Both the position numbers and the translations under genes were made by a program. The notes under the pieces are model-generated. The model made no database searches, had not been told where the DNA came from, and was given only the letters and a program-made list of their open reading frames with translations. 64,000 bases of DNA from Octopus vulgaris (Eukaryota). The stretch is from assembly GCA_951406725.2 (NCBI GenBank), contig OX597825.1, positions 38,254,001 through 38,318,000 on the forward strand, read 5' to 3'. Positions 24,693 through 41,745 of this stretch are shown one piece after another. Position 1 is the stretch's first letter. Every line of letters starts with the position of its first letter.

Positions 24693-27067
24693 CCATTACC
24701 AATGGGATAGGTGTAATCGAGTAGCCCACTCCTCACAAATCTGAGGCCTTGTGCCTCCAGTACAAAGGAATATTATCATTATTGTTATTGTCATTGATTA
24801 TATTTATGTTATTTCCCCTACTGCTATGGAAGACATGCCTAGAAAAGGACTTCTGGCAACTAGGCTCTGAATTCAGACATTGTAGAAGCGATAGCAATGT
24901 TGAATATGTCAAATGCACTGACTTTCGTGACTTTCAATCCCCAAATATATAATCCCCGCTGCAACTAATATTAATATGGTAATGTGGATTACAGGTAGAT
25001 TAATACATGAGCAATAAAAATTATACTGCTTAAGAATCAAACAATATCGTCTCAAGCAATACGATTATTATTCTTCATCGATTATGCTACATGTAATCCG
25101 AATTACCATATTAATCTTCCTTGTTTTAAGAGATTATAATTTTACATTTCAAGAATATAAATTCTATTATTAAACCCAAACAAAAATTGTGTGTTATTCT
25201 GATCGAAAAGATTTTCGATGTCATTCTACTTTTGTAAAGGAAAGATTGATGATGATTTTTTCTACGTACAAGTATGTAATTGTATTTCCATGTAAAGACG
25301 AAATACTAAAATAGCAACACATAAAACAAATAAAATATCCAGTTTTATCCTTGTCATTGATGTTTTCATTAGTAGTAATTTGTGTACCATGTGAAAATAC
25401 CTGCAATACTCAACTGGGCTCATTTCTCGATCGCATGCATCTATATCATTTAGAGAACAATTATTTTCTCTTGGATTCAGTCTATATCATTCTTGATAAC
25501 ATAATTGATAGTATTACTTATACTTTTGTGATATGTAGGAAGTTATGGAGATATAAAAAGAATGCAGATTTATCTGTTACAAAGTTGTAAACAAAGGTTG
25601 TAGGTTAAAGGAAATCACTTAATCATGTCAATAAGCGTAAATATCAGAATAAATTAGTTGAAACAGTTCAGTTTGCCTTTTAGCAGTGTTTAGTTGAAGA
25701 CCTACAGATACTGTTTTTATATTTCAGCGTTTTGAGTAGATAAAGTAAGTATTGGGAATGTATAACAAATTATTCAAGCGATCATAGTTAAGTTTCGTCT
25801 GCTACTCAACAAAACATGATAATTGAAAATTTCAATTCATTTTTCCGAGAAGACTCAAATGCAGAGAACGAGTAGTTCTTAGTAGTAATTATTTTCATTA
25901 TTGGGATAATCATGCATTAACCCCGAAATAGGACAAGCATTCTTGAAGTCAATAACCTATTTGTGATATGTACAAAAGAAATTATTTCAGAATGTTACAA
26001 GTTTTCCATTCATTTTGCCAATGTGTGGATATTGGATTTTCTGTCTATATTTTATTTATTGATTGGATGAAGTAAGTCATGAAAAGGAGAAAAATGTATA
26101 CGTCCACACCAAACAAAAATTCAATATTGATATAAATATATTAAGTAAAAAAAAAATATTTAGTTTTATATATTCATCGAAATTTATTTGAACTAATTTA
26201 GATAAGAACTATATTTTCATTTTTAGCTAAAAATTCTCACACATCTCTCTGCGTTTGGATTATCTGAATATTTTAAAATCAAGAGTGTGCAGTAAGAGTG
26301 TACATAATAAGTTGAAAATGGCACATTGCATCGACCTCTCAACCTATTACCCTGTATAAAATATTACTTAGCTATCATGGCGGATGTTTAAATACTATAT
26401 CACTGGTAATTTTCACCGCTATCTCTTTCCCGCTGAAATTATAAATTTAAAAACTCATGGTATACCATAATCCCTTAGGCTTTCCATAATTTTTGCAGTA
26501 AACTATATGTATAGTTAGAAATTTCAAGGTAGGTTTTCATGCATATATATAAGACAAATGCAAGCAAATGAAATAAATAACAATAATTTCAATTCATTCA
26601 CACATAAGCGTACATACATATATACTGCTATACATCCATCTAATTATATGTTTGTTTATATATACATATATGTTATATATAAATACACATATATACTAAT
26701 TCATACATATATATATATATATGTACACATGTATATATGTATATATTTATATTTGTTCATAGATGGCGAGAGGGGGAGATAGACGATGATAGCTAGATAT
26801 ATGTATAATGCATATATGCATTTATGTATACAATATAATTGTTATAGCAGAAATTAGATGTATGCAGAGATAAGAGTTTTATTGGATGAAACGTGGTGAA
26901 AATGGGCGATCAATGCTTTCGATGCAATAATGATTTTTCATATTGTGATAAAATCGCAATTTGATGAAAAATGTCTTTCCTTATAGTAATCCACCACAGT
27001 TATTGCTGATTCACACATACACGCACACAAAATCACAAAAAAACACGTAGGCATATACATATATATG

Positions 27068-27209
<142 letters not shown>

Positions 27210-27523
27210 TACTGTGTATATGTATACATACGTACACTTACAAGCGTAAAGACATATGTCTGCAAGAATGTATGCCTCGATTCGCCCGCTGATCCTGCTG
27301 GAAAATTTCGCTTGCTGGTTCTACATTTGCATAGAATTAGCAATGGAAAATTGTATAAATGACTATCACCGCATAAATTTAAGAAAAAAACTAGACATAA
27401 AACTAAAATATTTCTATGGAAGTCGAATTTAGTAATATATATATATGAATGCTAATATCAATATACATAGACACAAAAATAGAAATAAAAAAGCACTTTA
27501 CAAAATTTAGAATTATGTGTGCC

Positions 27524-27561
<38 letters not shown>

Positions 27562-27696
27562 TATATATATATGTATGTATGTATGTATTCATACATATGC
27601 ATATATATATATATGTATATATATGTGCATGCATATATAATACACATATATATATATATGTATGTATTCATACATATGCATATATATATGTATATA

Positions 27697-27739
<43 letters not shown>

Positions 27740-27776
27740 ACACACACACACACTTAAAATGTATATAAGTATATGT

Positions 27777-28153
27777 AGGTTCTAGAATGGCTGTGTCGTA
27801 ATTAGCTTGTTTAACATGGTTTCGGGTTCAGTCTCACTGAGTAGCAACTTGGTCGAGTTGTCTTCTACTATAGCCTCGGGCCGACCAAAGTCTTCTGAAT
27901 GGATTTGGTAGAGGGAAACTGAATGAAGTTCGTATAAATATTTTTATATGTAAATGCTTATATGTTCATATTTGTCCCACCAGAATCGATGTTGGCGTGT
28001 TTACATCCCCGTAACTTAGCAGTTTGGCCCAAGAATTCGATAGAATGAATACTAAGTTTACGAAGAATAAGTCCTGTAGTCGATGATTTCGACTAAATGT
28101 TGTGCTCCAGCATGGCTGCAATCAAATGACTGAAACACATAAAAGATTAAAAG

Positions 28154-28154
<1 letters not shown>
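27777..28154 (+). mobile_element. SINE S1 copy
   Basis: Head cgggttcagtctcactg; tail gtgctccagcatggctgcaatcaaatgactgaaac. Confidence 0.85.
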
Positions 28155-28184
<30 letters not shown>

Positions 28185-28551
28185 TCTTTATTCTTTTACT
28201 TACTTCAGTCATTTCACTGCGGTTATGCTGTAGCACCGTCCTTAGAAGAACAAATCTACCCAGGACTTATTGGTTGTAAGTCTAGTACTTATTCTATCGG
28301 TACCTTTTGCCGAACCGCTAAGATACTGGGACGTAAACTCACCAACAACTGTTGTCAAGCGAGGATGGGTGGGGGACAAACACAAATACATATAGACATA
28401 TATTCGACGCACTTCTTTCAGTTTCCGTCTGGCAAATCCACTCACAAGGCTTAGGTCGGCTCGAAACTACAGTCAGTTCCACGCAGTCTTCTGAATTTGG
28501 AACCATGTGGTTGGGCAGCAAGGCTCGTCCCACACAGCCACTCACGCGCCT
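28185..28551 (-). mobile_element. SINE S1 copy, tail-to-tail with the previous copy
   Basis: Reverse complement of S1 head (acacagccactcacgcgcct) and tail (ttcagtcatttcactgcgg). Confidence 0.85.
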
Positions 28552-28554
28552 AAC

Positions 28555-28600
<46 letters not shown>

Positions 28601-29864
28601 AGAGAAGGAGAAACAGGGGTGTGTGCAGAGAGAGAGAGAGAGGGGGGAGCTGTGTATGTTTATATATGTGTATATATATATGCGTGTGTGTAGGGACGAA
28701 TGGGTATTCGTGTTTGGTTGTAGGTAAATGTATTTATAGGTATGTACGTATACAACACACACACACACACACACACACAAAGCATGCGTAATCATGTACA
28801 CACATACGCATATAAGCAGACTAATAAGAAAATTAATTCGATGCTTAATATAAAACTTGGCTTTATGTGCACACGAGTTAACGCTTCGAAGTAAAGAGAT
28901 AGTTGAATAATATCAAATATAGATTCGCATAAAAAACATTGAACATATCTGCATAAGTGTTTCAATTTATTTATTTTTACATTCTCGTAAAATCTGTTTT
29001 ACGAGTTTCACTTATCTACTATGTTTATTTATTTTAGAAAATATAGTTGGAAATCACTGAATGATTTTACGTAGGTCATATATACTCCACTAAAACTATT
29101 TCTAATGTATTGTCGTGTGAACAGAGACAAATCAAACGTGAACAATCCAGGATCCTGTTATGGATCCTCCTGTTAGAAATAGGGGAGTAATTCCCCAAGC
29201 AGCACACTCTAAAATACCAAATTTTGCTTTTAAACGTATATAACATTGGATATACTATTATTTTTAAAATACAGGGCGGTCTTGAATCCTATTGATCATG
29301 ATGTTTACTCCATAAATGTTTAACTGGCTATAAGCAATAACATCAACAACTTATTTGAGATATTCTGAGCGAATAAGGTTTGTTTCAGAAGGTTGTATGA
29401 CTAGCTAAGTATCACCTTCCACACCTACCATCAAAAAAGAAAGCTGTTTATTCCAGAAGATAAGCAGTCTTTTACAGAGACAGGCTAAATTTTCAAAGCA
29501 AACGTATTGGTTTCATGAAAGTGCTTCTCCATCGGTTTACATATAAGGAGAAGGAGAGATCAATAAACGCAGTAGCAACACCAGCAATAAGGAAAGATAA
29601 CGGCAAATAATTATTTTATACTTCACTACATATTACGTTATAACATCGACGTTGAACCTTTATCACACGGTTACTAATGCAAACTTATAACCATACAAAC
29701 AGTTCAATTACTACACATTGACATCCAAGCCCAAACACATATAAATACACACACTGATACACGCGCACGCACATTTATATGCATACATACACACATATAT
29801 ATACATATATTGATACATATAATTCATATATACGAATATCAATTCTTTCATATGCATATATGTT

Positions 29865-29917
<53 letters not shown>

Positions 29918-29921
29918 TTAA

Positions 29922-30034
29922 GGCGGTGCCCCAATATGGCCAAAGTCATATAAATGAAACAGGAAAAAGAAAAAGAACATATTTTTGTTTATCTAGTTTC
30001 AGCTCATGAGCTGTGGCCATGCTGGGGCACCGCC
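29922..30034. repeat. Two inverted S1 3'-terminal modules
   Basis: ggcggtgccccaatatggcca.. on + and ..tggccatgctggggcaccgcc on -. Confidence 0.75.
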
Positions 30035-30055
30035 ATTCAAAGATTTAGCACGAGT

Positions 30056-30447
30056 ATTCTTTTATTTTTTATGTGTTTCAGTTATTTCACTGCGGCCATG
30101 CTGAAACACTGCCTTTAAGTCGAACAAATATACACACACATACTATTTATTGTATCGGTCGGTTTTGTCTAACCGTTAAATTACGGGGAAGTAAACACAT
30201 TAACATCAGTTGTCAAGCGATTTTGGGGGACAAATATAGGCACAAAGACACAGACATTCATATCAATACGCACTCACAGATACACACATACATACATACA
30301 CATATATATATATATACACCACGTCTTCTTTCAGATTTCGTTTCCCAAATCTACTCACATAGTTTTGGTCGGCCCGAGGTTATAGTATAAGAGACTAACC
30401 CAAGGTAGCATGTGATTGGGAAGCAATCTCTATAGCACACTGCCATA
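30056..30447 (-). mobile_element. SINE S1 copy, diverged
   Basis: gtttcagttatttcactgcggccatgctg..ggtcggcccgaggttatagta. Confidence 0.75.
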
Positions 30448-30448
30448 C

Positions 30449-30504
<56 letters not shown>

Positions 30505-33344
30505 TCACACACTTTTCCTTTGCTAGCGAATGAGGACGTCGCACATAAAATGTGGTATTTTGATAAAAAATTACATATTCGCTTTATGAGTAGTGTTTTC
30601 TAGAAATTCCCTTCAAATCTCGAGAAATTTTCTTCAAATAAAACTTTAAAATATATCAATTAAAGGACGTTTTATCTATAATTTAATGTGGACATTCATT
30701 TCACAAGCCCCAAGAACTTGTATTTATATTATGTAACTTATGTTAAATTATAAAATTTATTTGTGTAAAGTAAATTTGTCAGTATTGGAGAAAACTTCGA
30801 TGTGACTGTGTTTAGAGAAAAGTGTATGTTGAGATACTGCATTAACTTTTATCCCTTTAAAAACGACTTTTCTTTTCTAACATTATATCTATGGACAGAA
30901 ATGACACTTGTATATCCTACGCCGATATCGACAAAAAATTATTACATGTTTACATTATGGTATTCATAATCGTCACTAACCCCAGTCATAAGCAGCAGTA
31001 GCACTGATAACATTAGCACAATCAATACTTGCGCAAGAATCAATAAAGGCAGCATTTAAACTCGCCACATTAACGTTATTATCAGTAAAACACAAAGAAA
31101 AATCAAAACTTGAACAACAATATTAAAGCAAGCAATAAAATATCCGCCATCATGAATCCAAAATTTATCAAATTCAGAGTTGAAGCAAAAGCAACACATT
31201 ATCAGAATCAACAATATTTTCAAGGGAATCTCTTGCTTCAGCGCAACTACTACGCTAAAAGATCAGCGACTAGCATTTATATAGCCAATAATTGACGCTA
31301 CTTACAACACCGCTAGTAATGCGTAAACATTCCTAGTAGAAATACCAACCACAACAATAGCTAAAATAACATCAGCATTTCAGAATAAGCATATCACCAC
31401 AAGGAAGTATCAACTTCTCCCCAAACAAAATGTTAATGATATCATTATGTAGTATTACAATCTAAACAATTACAACGCTTAAAAATCCTGGGCAATCACT
31501 ACCATGCTATGCCTCATCCTTCGCTTGCAACGTAGCTATATAATGTAAATCAAAAAGAACACTTCAACCAAATAAGTTGAATGCATGGGAATATTAATGT
31601 CTCTAGGTGTATGGATATATGTGTGGACGTGCGTACGTGCATGTGTGTGTGCGTGTGTGTATGTGTGTGTTTCTGTCTGTGTGGAGGAATGTATACCACG
31701 ACTAAATCATATAAACTATGTGTATATATTAAAAGGAATCGAATTTTACATTCTTGATTTAGACAAGTGAACTCAATGTATTGATACGTTAATTTCTTTT
31801 CGTGCTCTGCTGCCCAACGGTTCATCCTTGGACGATTAAGGTGTCACGCAGACACTCCATAGCAACAGCTGGTCTCTGTGTATCAACACTTCATAATTTC
31901 TGAAAATGATTCGAGTACGCATTTGATTTTGTTGGTGCTCAAGCCTGAGATAGCTCTGAGAAAAGAATTCCTGATATACGTCCATTATCTTATATGTAAG
32001 TGTGGTTTATGAGGATTACACTACTGATTGTATACTTTATTGTTAAACTTCGTGATCTGTCATGAAACGTGAAAGAATTTGAGATACTATGCGTAGAAGG
32101 CTTCTCGGCGACAGCAAAATACATTTCTTGTCTTTTAATTTCGTAGTATGTGACACAGCTTTTATGAAAATGCAATATATGTATATGCAACAATGTTATT
32201 ATATATATTGTAAATCCACGGTAATAAGCTACAACAACACTGTATTGAACTACGCAACACTGTAACATATCATTCATTATATAATCTGCTCTTTTAAACT
32301 AATATTCTATATTACTATAAATGTAATCTAATGCAAATCAAAGCAATTCAGGTCGATTAGGGAGTTTTCTTGTTTTCTGAAATTTTATTTGGCAGCAACA
32401 TCTTTATCAATTTGCAACTTACTAAAAGTCTCTCTCGCAATGTTCTATTTTATGTAGCATATCGGTGCCGTATAGTAATAATCACTTTTTTTAGAAATGG
32501 AGGTTTTAGTGACAGGTGATCTATTGTATACATTGGAAGCTGATGCCTTATAGAACAGTGAAAGAGTGGAACCTTTTGCTGTAGAACAGGACTCAATGAT
32601 GAAAAGTTAGTAGAAATATTACTCTGGTCTAAGACGAGATTAATTTTCCATTATATTATATGACATTTCATTTCATGTAAGCTCCTCATAAATTAAAGGA
32701 AGTTATTATCTTCTATGACTCGACTAATACTCTAAGGCAAGAGCAGCTGTGACTTGTGTAATGGGTAATAACAGCACAAAAACCTTTATATGATGCTTTC
32801 AGATATTATCTACTCGAGTAATAATACACGATCATCACCACTGAATACATTGCCAGAGGTGTCAATATCGGTAATAACGCCACAAACCTCAACAGCACAG
32901 TAATGCCCCTCATAACTAGTATTGATACACTTCGCGCTAATCCGATAAAAATATATAGGAGGCAATATTTTCCGAATCTGATAATTTTTTTAATTAAAAA
33001 TAACGGATAATGTTATTAACACATTATTGTGTGAAAACACCAGCAATATGGGGGAAATATATATCAGCTGATTGAATTACATCGTATACGTAATTATATA
33101 TTGCCGACAATTATGCTTCTACAACTATTGCATTGCAAATAAACACATGCCACTGAATAAATTATTAGCAGCGAGTTAATATTGAATCAATCAATCAATC
33201 GGTCCATACATGCATACATACATGCATGCATACATACATGCATACATATGCACAAAAATACACACATACATTCATACATAGATACACACATACATATATA
33301 CATACATACATATATATATACATGCATACACACATTCATACATA

Positions 33345-33690
33345 CGCAAACGTCATTAGGATGACTAGTGCAACGTTTCCATCACAATACCTGACAAATA
33401 CAAACATAACAAGCCAGATATCGTTGTTTGCGACAGAGAAGAAAAGTATTTACTCTCACGGAGTTCTGCTGCCCTGCTGATGCGAATATCTGCTTGAAAA
33501 TCAAAGAGAAAAGCGATAACTATGGGCAACAAATTCGAGACCTCCAGCTTCTATATCCAGATTATAAGTTGACATTTATACAAATAATAATGGGTGCACT
33601 GAGATTTACGAGTAAATGCGGAAGTAATTAATCTAGATAAGTTAAGGCTTTCAGAAAAAGAATCCAATTGCACAATACAAATGATGAGGA
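33345..33690 (+). pseudogene. Restriction-like endonuclease C-terminus of an R4/Dong-like non-LTR element
   Basis: HNKPDIVVCDREEK..TEFCCPADANICLKIKEKSDNY..LQLLYPDYKLTFIQIIMGAL fits the PD..E..P..K..Y RLE pattern; flanked by (CATA)n and (ATGT)n. Confidence 0.8.
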
Positions 33691-34519
33691 GTACATGTAT
33701 GTATGTATGTATGTATGTATGTATGTATGTATGTATGTATGTATGTATGTATGTATGTATGTATGTATGTATGTATGTATGTATGTTTGCATGCATGTAT
33801 ATATGTATACATGTATATGTATTTGTGTATATATGTTTGTGTACATATATTTTGCATTATTTAAATTTCTCTAAGAAAGCCATTTGTAACAAAGACATAA
33901 AGTTCCATCTGTGCAGTGTAGATAACGAAAAAAACGTCACATTTTGAAATTGAGACAAGTTTCACATATTTTTACTGTTCCACCGACAGAATCTATTTGT
34001 AATTTGTAAGTTAATATCTTAGTTTCTTTTACTGAAAACCATGACTTATCACGATAGTCACCTACAGACTTGGAAACAACAGCGGCAGAAAATATTCCCG
34101 ATCCCCCACCTAATAGGAATGACATGTCAGACAATAATTACCATATTTTTCTCTAGATACTTTCAATTCAGAGAAGTCGGTGTTTATTCTTCAATCCTGT
34201 CAAAACTCTGAGAATCACTTAATTTTTTCTGTCATTCGATTTAGTTCATGTTTGGTGGGGCGCATTGAATGGTCTGCTGGAATAGATCCATGCTAGTAAT
34301 TCTTTTGCTAAACGATGGGGTAGTGTGACAAACATCTGCAAAATAAAATACGCAAACACACAAGCAGCCATTTACACATACTCAAGCACACCAAAGTACA
34401 CACTCACACGCGTATCATATAATATAATATATTATACATATACATATTGCGTATGTACATATACATATTTTTATATTCTTGGCTGTGGATATATGATTTT
34501 AATGATGTAATGTCTTTTC

Positions 34520-36048
<1,529 letters not shown>

Positions 36049-36194
36049 AACATTCCTCATCAGCTTGCAGGTAAGTTTCAGATAGGTTCAAATTTGAAAA
36101 ATTTTCATCCATTCAGCTTCGAAAATTTCTTCTGCACTTAGTAACTGGAAATTATATGTCATCAAACATTCTTTTAACCCAGTTGAAAAGCCAG

Positions 36195-36393
36195 CACATA
36201 CACGAAAGATTGCGCTACATTTTAAATTGATGCAATGATTGCATTGTTCAATTAAATGGAGTTGCATGGTGCGATCGTACTGCTGGATATCTTTGTTGCT
36301 TATTTTGATTTTAATCACCTTATTTTGAAATTGTATGGATAATACCGTACTAAATTCTGGTGCCTCAATTGAAGTACCATATTCATCTGAATC
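36195..36393 (+). mobile_element. Family A repeat copy with destroyed hammerhead core
   Basis: Matches the reverse complement of 15-225; retains CGAUCG-UA-CUGC but CUGANGA and GAAA are mutated. Confidence 0.75.
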
Positions 36394-36398
36394 AATCA

Positions 36399-36511
<113 letters not shown>

Positions 36512-36949
36512 TATGCACACACAGACAAACATACACACACAAACACAGACACATATATAAATATATATATATGCACATATACATAGATAATTACCGTATA
36601 TACACAAACAGGCACACACACATATTCCCTACAGATTCCCACACAATTGTCGACGTCTAAATGAATGAATTCAAAGAAATGATTGGCAAGGTGTTAAAGG
36701 AAAAATGTCCAAATCGCCGCGTAGTGAGTCTGAATCCGAAGGCACCTGGTTACAAAACGAGCTCTTTAATCGTATGTCTGCATCTGATATCGTAGCCAAA
36801 TTTCTTTTGCTTAAGTTTCGTTTTATCATAGGAGAGAGTAAAATCAAATGTCTAAATATCCTTCATTTATACACGACCATTTGCTTAATTTCTTCGTTGG
36901 GGAAACTAAATCTAGAAATACCTTTAACGAGTCTTCAGTACAAAATACG

Positions 36950-37530
36950 TCGAAAATTGGACAGAACATTTTGAGAAATGCCACCACTTAAACTATATAA
37001 TATAAGAATGAAATGTCCGATTTTCTCATGCACCAAGTTTGACAGTCGTTAATGTTTTAACATGCCAATTCTTTGTTTTACAATGCCTTAAAGCATTGCA
37101 GCTGTATTCTCTACAGCGCCGCCGTGAACAATGCATCATTTGCACAATGTGGATAATATACGAACAGCATTGCTCAAACGCCCTCAGCATTAGTTCCAGA
37201 ATTCATACAAAGCTAAGACAACGTGCTATACGTCCCCTAAACATAAATACACTGCAACACAATTTCTTTTCCTGAAAAAGCCCTGTCCTATTTAGCATTG
37301 TCCCTATACAAATCAATGAAGCAAAATATCTCATCAACTTTGAAAGGAATCTGGACATATTTCTTCAAGGGATACCAGATAAGCCACCTATATCTAAACA
37401 CAACTATTTCGACAAGAATTCCCTATTCAAATGAGCCATGATACCACAAATCTTGATTTAAAAAGGATTTAGCAAATCCTAACAGTTGATAATATTAAAT
37501 TAGACAGGGCCCAGACTAATCTTTGGTCGA
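36950..37530 (+). pseudogene. CR1-group LINE 3' fragment
   Basis: LKALQLYSLQRRREQCIICTMWII resembles the LxxLxLYSLxRRRERY tail of CR1-like ORF2. Confidence 0.7.
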
Positions 37531-38270
37531 AAGATATCTAAGTTTTTCGTTTTTTTGTTAATTGTGTCACGAATGCTGTGTCTTTATAGTTTCTTGTATA
37601 TCGCAATACATGTTCCGATTCATTTTGTAATCGCATAACTATGTATATTGTTCCGTAATACAGTCTCATTTTCTGACTTTCGTCACAGTGGCAGATAAAT
37701 ATTTTCTAATTCGGAAAATTTTCCTTACAAATATAAAAATTATAATTAGAAGTTTGTCTTCAATTTATATTATGTTACCGTATTTCAGTTTTCATTAAAT
37801 TATTAATCAATGAAATTTCTTGAGACTCTCATCATCTGTTCGTGAGATAACTTCATTAATCACTGCAACGCCTCAGAAAACATAGATAGAGATTATTCAG
37901 CGGTATAGAATATATCTGTGATGATAAAATAAGATGATTATGATATCAAGACAAACTATATGAATATTGTGACGAACACATTGCATTAATCTTTAAATTC
38001 CAGCTTAAACATGTTTATATTCGATTTCTTTTCAATTATCTCTATGATGGTTATAATATGGCGTTATGAAGATAATTTACAATGTAAAATTTGAATGGAT
38101 CAAGGACGAGAGACGGAAAAACAACGAATCTGAATGACAATGAACATGCGAACGATGACATCTAGAAGTCGTGTACAGTATATGTTATTTATAATTACGT
38201 GAAACGGCTTCTGTAGCTATTAAGCCACATACTATAGTTAGAAATCCATCTGTACTCATAAAATGTCATG

Positions 38271-38315
<45 letters not shown>

Positions 38316-38318
38316 CAT

Positions 38319-38357
<39 letters not shown>

Positions 38358-41300
38358 GGGAAAGATAAATTGACAGGTAGATAGTTAGATAGTTAGACAG
38401 ATAGATAGATAGATACATACATACATGCATACAAGCATACATACATATAAATTCAATGTTTATTACATAGATTAATTTGACGAGGTACTTGATGGGAAAA
38501 TGCTTTGCATTAATTAGTTAGTCTGGTTCTTTGTATTCCGAGTTCAAATACTGCCTTCTCCCAATTGAATACATGTAGACGGACAGGACTCTTCGATGAT
38601 CGTCTAACGTAGACATATTTCCACAAGAGACTGGATATTGTATCGATTCAATCAAAATATTGGCCGTTACCGTATAATCAATATTCAGCATGCTCTAATT
38701 GGTATGAGCTTTAAAAGATTAAAGCTTCTTTCAGAAACAGCCTTCACTGGGAAATTAATATGTAAAGTTAATATAACGAATTATACAATAATGACTTCAT
38801 TCAAATACTTTAATTGGTGAATGCACCTAAGCGCTTAGTGCATTCCTAAACTTATTGTTCTTATGCAAATTTTGTCACTATAATTTGAAATTTAATAAAT
38901 GTCATAAATTCATATACACTCTCTAAATCCCACATCCGCTTTTTCTCTCTCGCCTCACAATCATTCTTATTGATCATTGTCCGGTACTGAGAATTGTTGT
39001 AGAGAGGATAAAGAGAACTTGATACTTAATGGTAGTCTCAGAATATTTTTTGACTTCTTGTTTGCCTGTAAAAAAAACCCCAGATGCATTTCTTATATTT
39101 CTCTGCTCATAACGCAATCGCTAGCCTGCTTGCCATATAAATGCAACAATACAAAACGTTATTAAAGTAAATAATTGTATATCTTATATTAGCATCCAAG
39201 TGTTTTCCCCCGCAAGCCGTCAGTTTTGGAGCACGGAGTCCTCTGTATAGATTCTCTTTATCAAATATATAAGCGCATTTAAATAGTGGAACGAAGAGGT
39301 AGCCTCTACACAGTGGATATTCCAGGTGAGGAGACATGAAATCATTTAAATACCTATAATACTACCATTTTTCAGGTTACTAACAAAACAATTTTCGGTT
39401 TTATTGTTGTGGAATTATAGCTGCAAATATGTCAGTTATCATGGTCGAAATATTATCGAATATAAGTTTTTTTCAATCAGGCGTGATTCTGAAGTGAAGA
39501 AAAGCCTACATAAATTACAGAAACTATCTATGTTGACAATCTATTTCCTGTAATATCAGTTAGATGTTGGATAGAAATTCCTAAATATTTCCTCAAGTCT
39601 TATTTCATGTGAATATTCAGTAGATTTGTCGCCACTGAGACAAAAATCTTGTTTGCTTAATCTGAAACAGGGCAATGATGGCAAGAAATCATTTTCCAAG
39701 AAGTGTGAGACATGAAGCTTATTGTCTAAATTCCCGTAGCCAAGGACGTCATTCACGTCTTAGACGATACCTATTAAGAATGTGCTTAACACAGCATTCA
39801 ATCTGTACGGCTATAACATCGATCAGTGGGAAGTTATTGTTATGCTTACAAAGAGTAACGCTACACTAGTCTGAAAACACTACAATATTATAAGTTTAAA
39901 TCAATAATAATCCAGTTCCAGTAAATAAGACAATCATTACATATCAAAAGTGACTTTAAAATCCTACATTAGTTTCACTATACAGATATTTAAAAGGAGA
40001 AACTGTATCATGTACTTGTTTATTTGTAAAAAAAATGAAGATCACAAAAATATATATTATATTACATAACCGATTGACAGGAACTTGAATTTATTGTATT
40101 TACTGTTTTGTAGTCACTCTACAGAAAGAATGGTTTTTGTTTGAGATACCCGTCTTTGTTCACATTTAATATTTGTTATTAAACGGAATTTCTGCAAAAC
40201 CAAAACGTATCTATCATAATGACATGATGTTATTGAAAAGATTAAAGGAACAATATATATAATTTTGACAAATGATATTTATAAACAAAAGTTATGAAGC
40301 TACAAAAGCCGAAGTTTTACAACATATCTAACATAACCGACTTTTACCAAATATCGTTCTACAAGATAGAAGTTATATTATAATTTTTTTGAAGTTTATT
40401 GTACTGTGAAGAAAACAATAATTATCACATAATAAAAAGAAGTTCCTTTTATTTTGTCCACAAAGGAATTGAGAAACTTGTGAAAGGGTGACATATATGT
40501 TTGCTCTCGTGTGATTAATTTTACAAATATCTAATAAATATAATCTGTAGAATTTATTTTCTGATTTAGTTCTGTCGAAGAACAGCGTGATCCAGATTAA
40601 CGATCAGGAGCATTCAACTGTGACCATCCCACGTTGCTTAGAGATAATTAAGAATACATTAAAGTGTGAACAAACATATAAACGTAGCCATAACTCCAGA
40701 GACGTAAATGCAGTTTCGTTAAATTAGGTAGTTAAACCAAGATTTGTTGAACAATATACGTATCATAAATGAAGACTTAAGAAAGAGCATTTTACATAGT
40801 TGCAATGTCTAGTAACAATTAAAGATCATTTGGGTTACATGAGAGATATATTATTCTCTTGAAAGTCTCTCACGAGGTATACTATCAAGCTATATCTTAT
40901 TCCATTCTTCTCCCAGTGCAATTACTCAAATATTATTTTCAACGCAGTATAATCATGTAAACTGTGATTTCACTACTTAAAAAAATACTTTTATCTGACA
41001 ATTACAATGAGAAAGCACTTTTCAATTATTCTCAGTTAAAAAAGTGGATCAATCGAATATTAAACATAAACTAAACCAGATTATAAACAACACGATTTAT
41101 AGATATGCATACAGTGCATGTAGAGAGCAAATATATTTAATTCACAAAATATATTTTCATGCAGATATACGATGCATTTTGTTTTATTATGTCACTTGAG
41201 ATGATTGCAACGTGGATATCCTGAACATTATCAATCGTTCTCTTTCCAGCAATGTGCAGCCTATAACAATTTAGGTATATACGCATATATATTTTCACAA

Positions 41301-41451
41301 CAACCTCACCACCACAAACGTATATTTATACTTGTTTGTGCATATATATTTTTTCTCCACGTGTCTGTGTTAATTATCATGATAACACTGCTCGTATACA
41401 ATTGTAATATTTACATTATTCGTGCATATATATATATATATATATATACAT

Positions 41452-41745
41452 GGACGTTCATGGCCTAGTGGTTAAAGCAGCGCACTCGCGGTTGAGGGAT
41501 CGCAGGTTCGAATCTGAGACCGGGCGATGTGTGTGTTTATGAGCGGCTCCGGCAAGAGGTAATGGCAAACTTCTGCTGACGCTTTCGCCACAACTTTCTC
41601 CCACTCTTTCCTCTTGCATCTTGCAGCTCACCTACGACGGACCGGCGTCCCGTCCAGGTGGGGAACTTATACGCCAAGGAAACCAGGAAACCGGCCCTAT
41701 GAGCCAGGTGTGGATCCAGAAAAGGAACAAACATCAACAACAATA
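41452..41745 (+). mobile_element. tRNA-derived SINE, family S3, with V-domain-like core
   Basis: A box tggcctagtggtt, B box ggttcgaatc, core cctacgacggaccggcgtcccgtccaggtg, (AAC)n-like tail. Confidence 0.8.

Noticed and set aside
41452-41525. Possible tRNA gene (also 35489-35563)
   Set aside because: Acceptor stem does not pair well and the sequence runs into a SINE body; treated as SINE heads.
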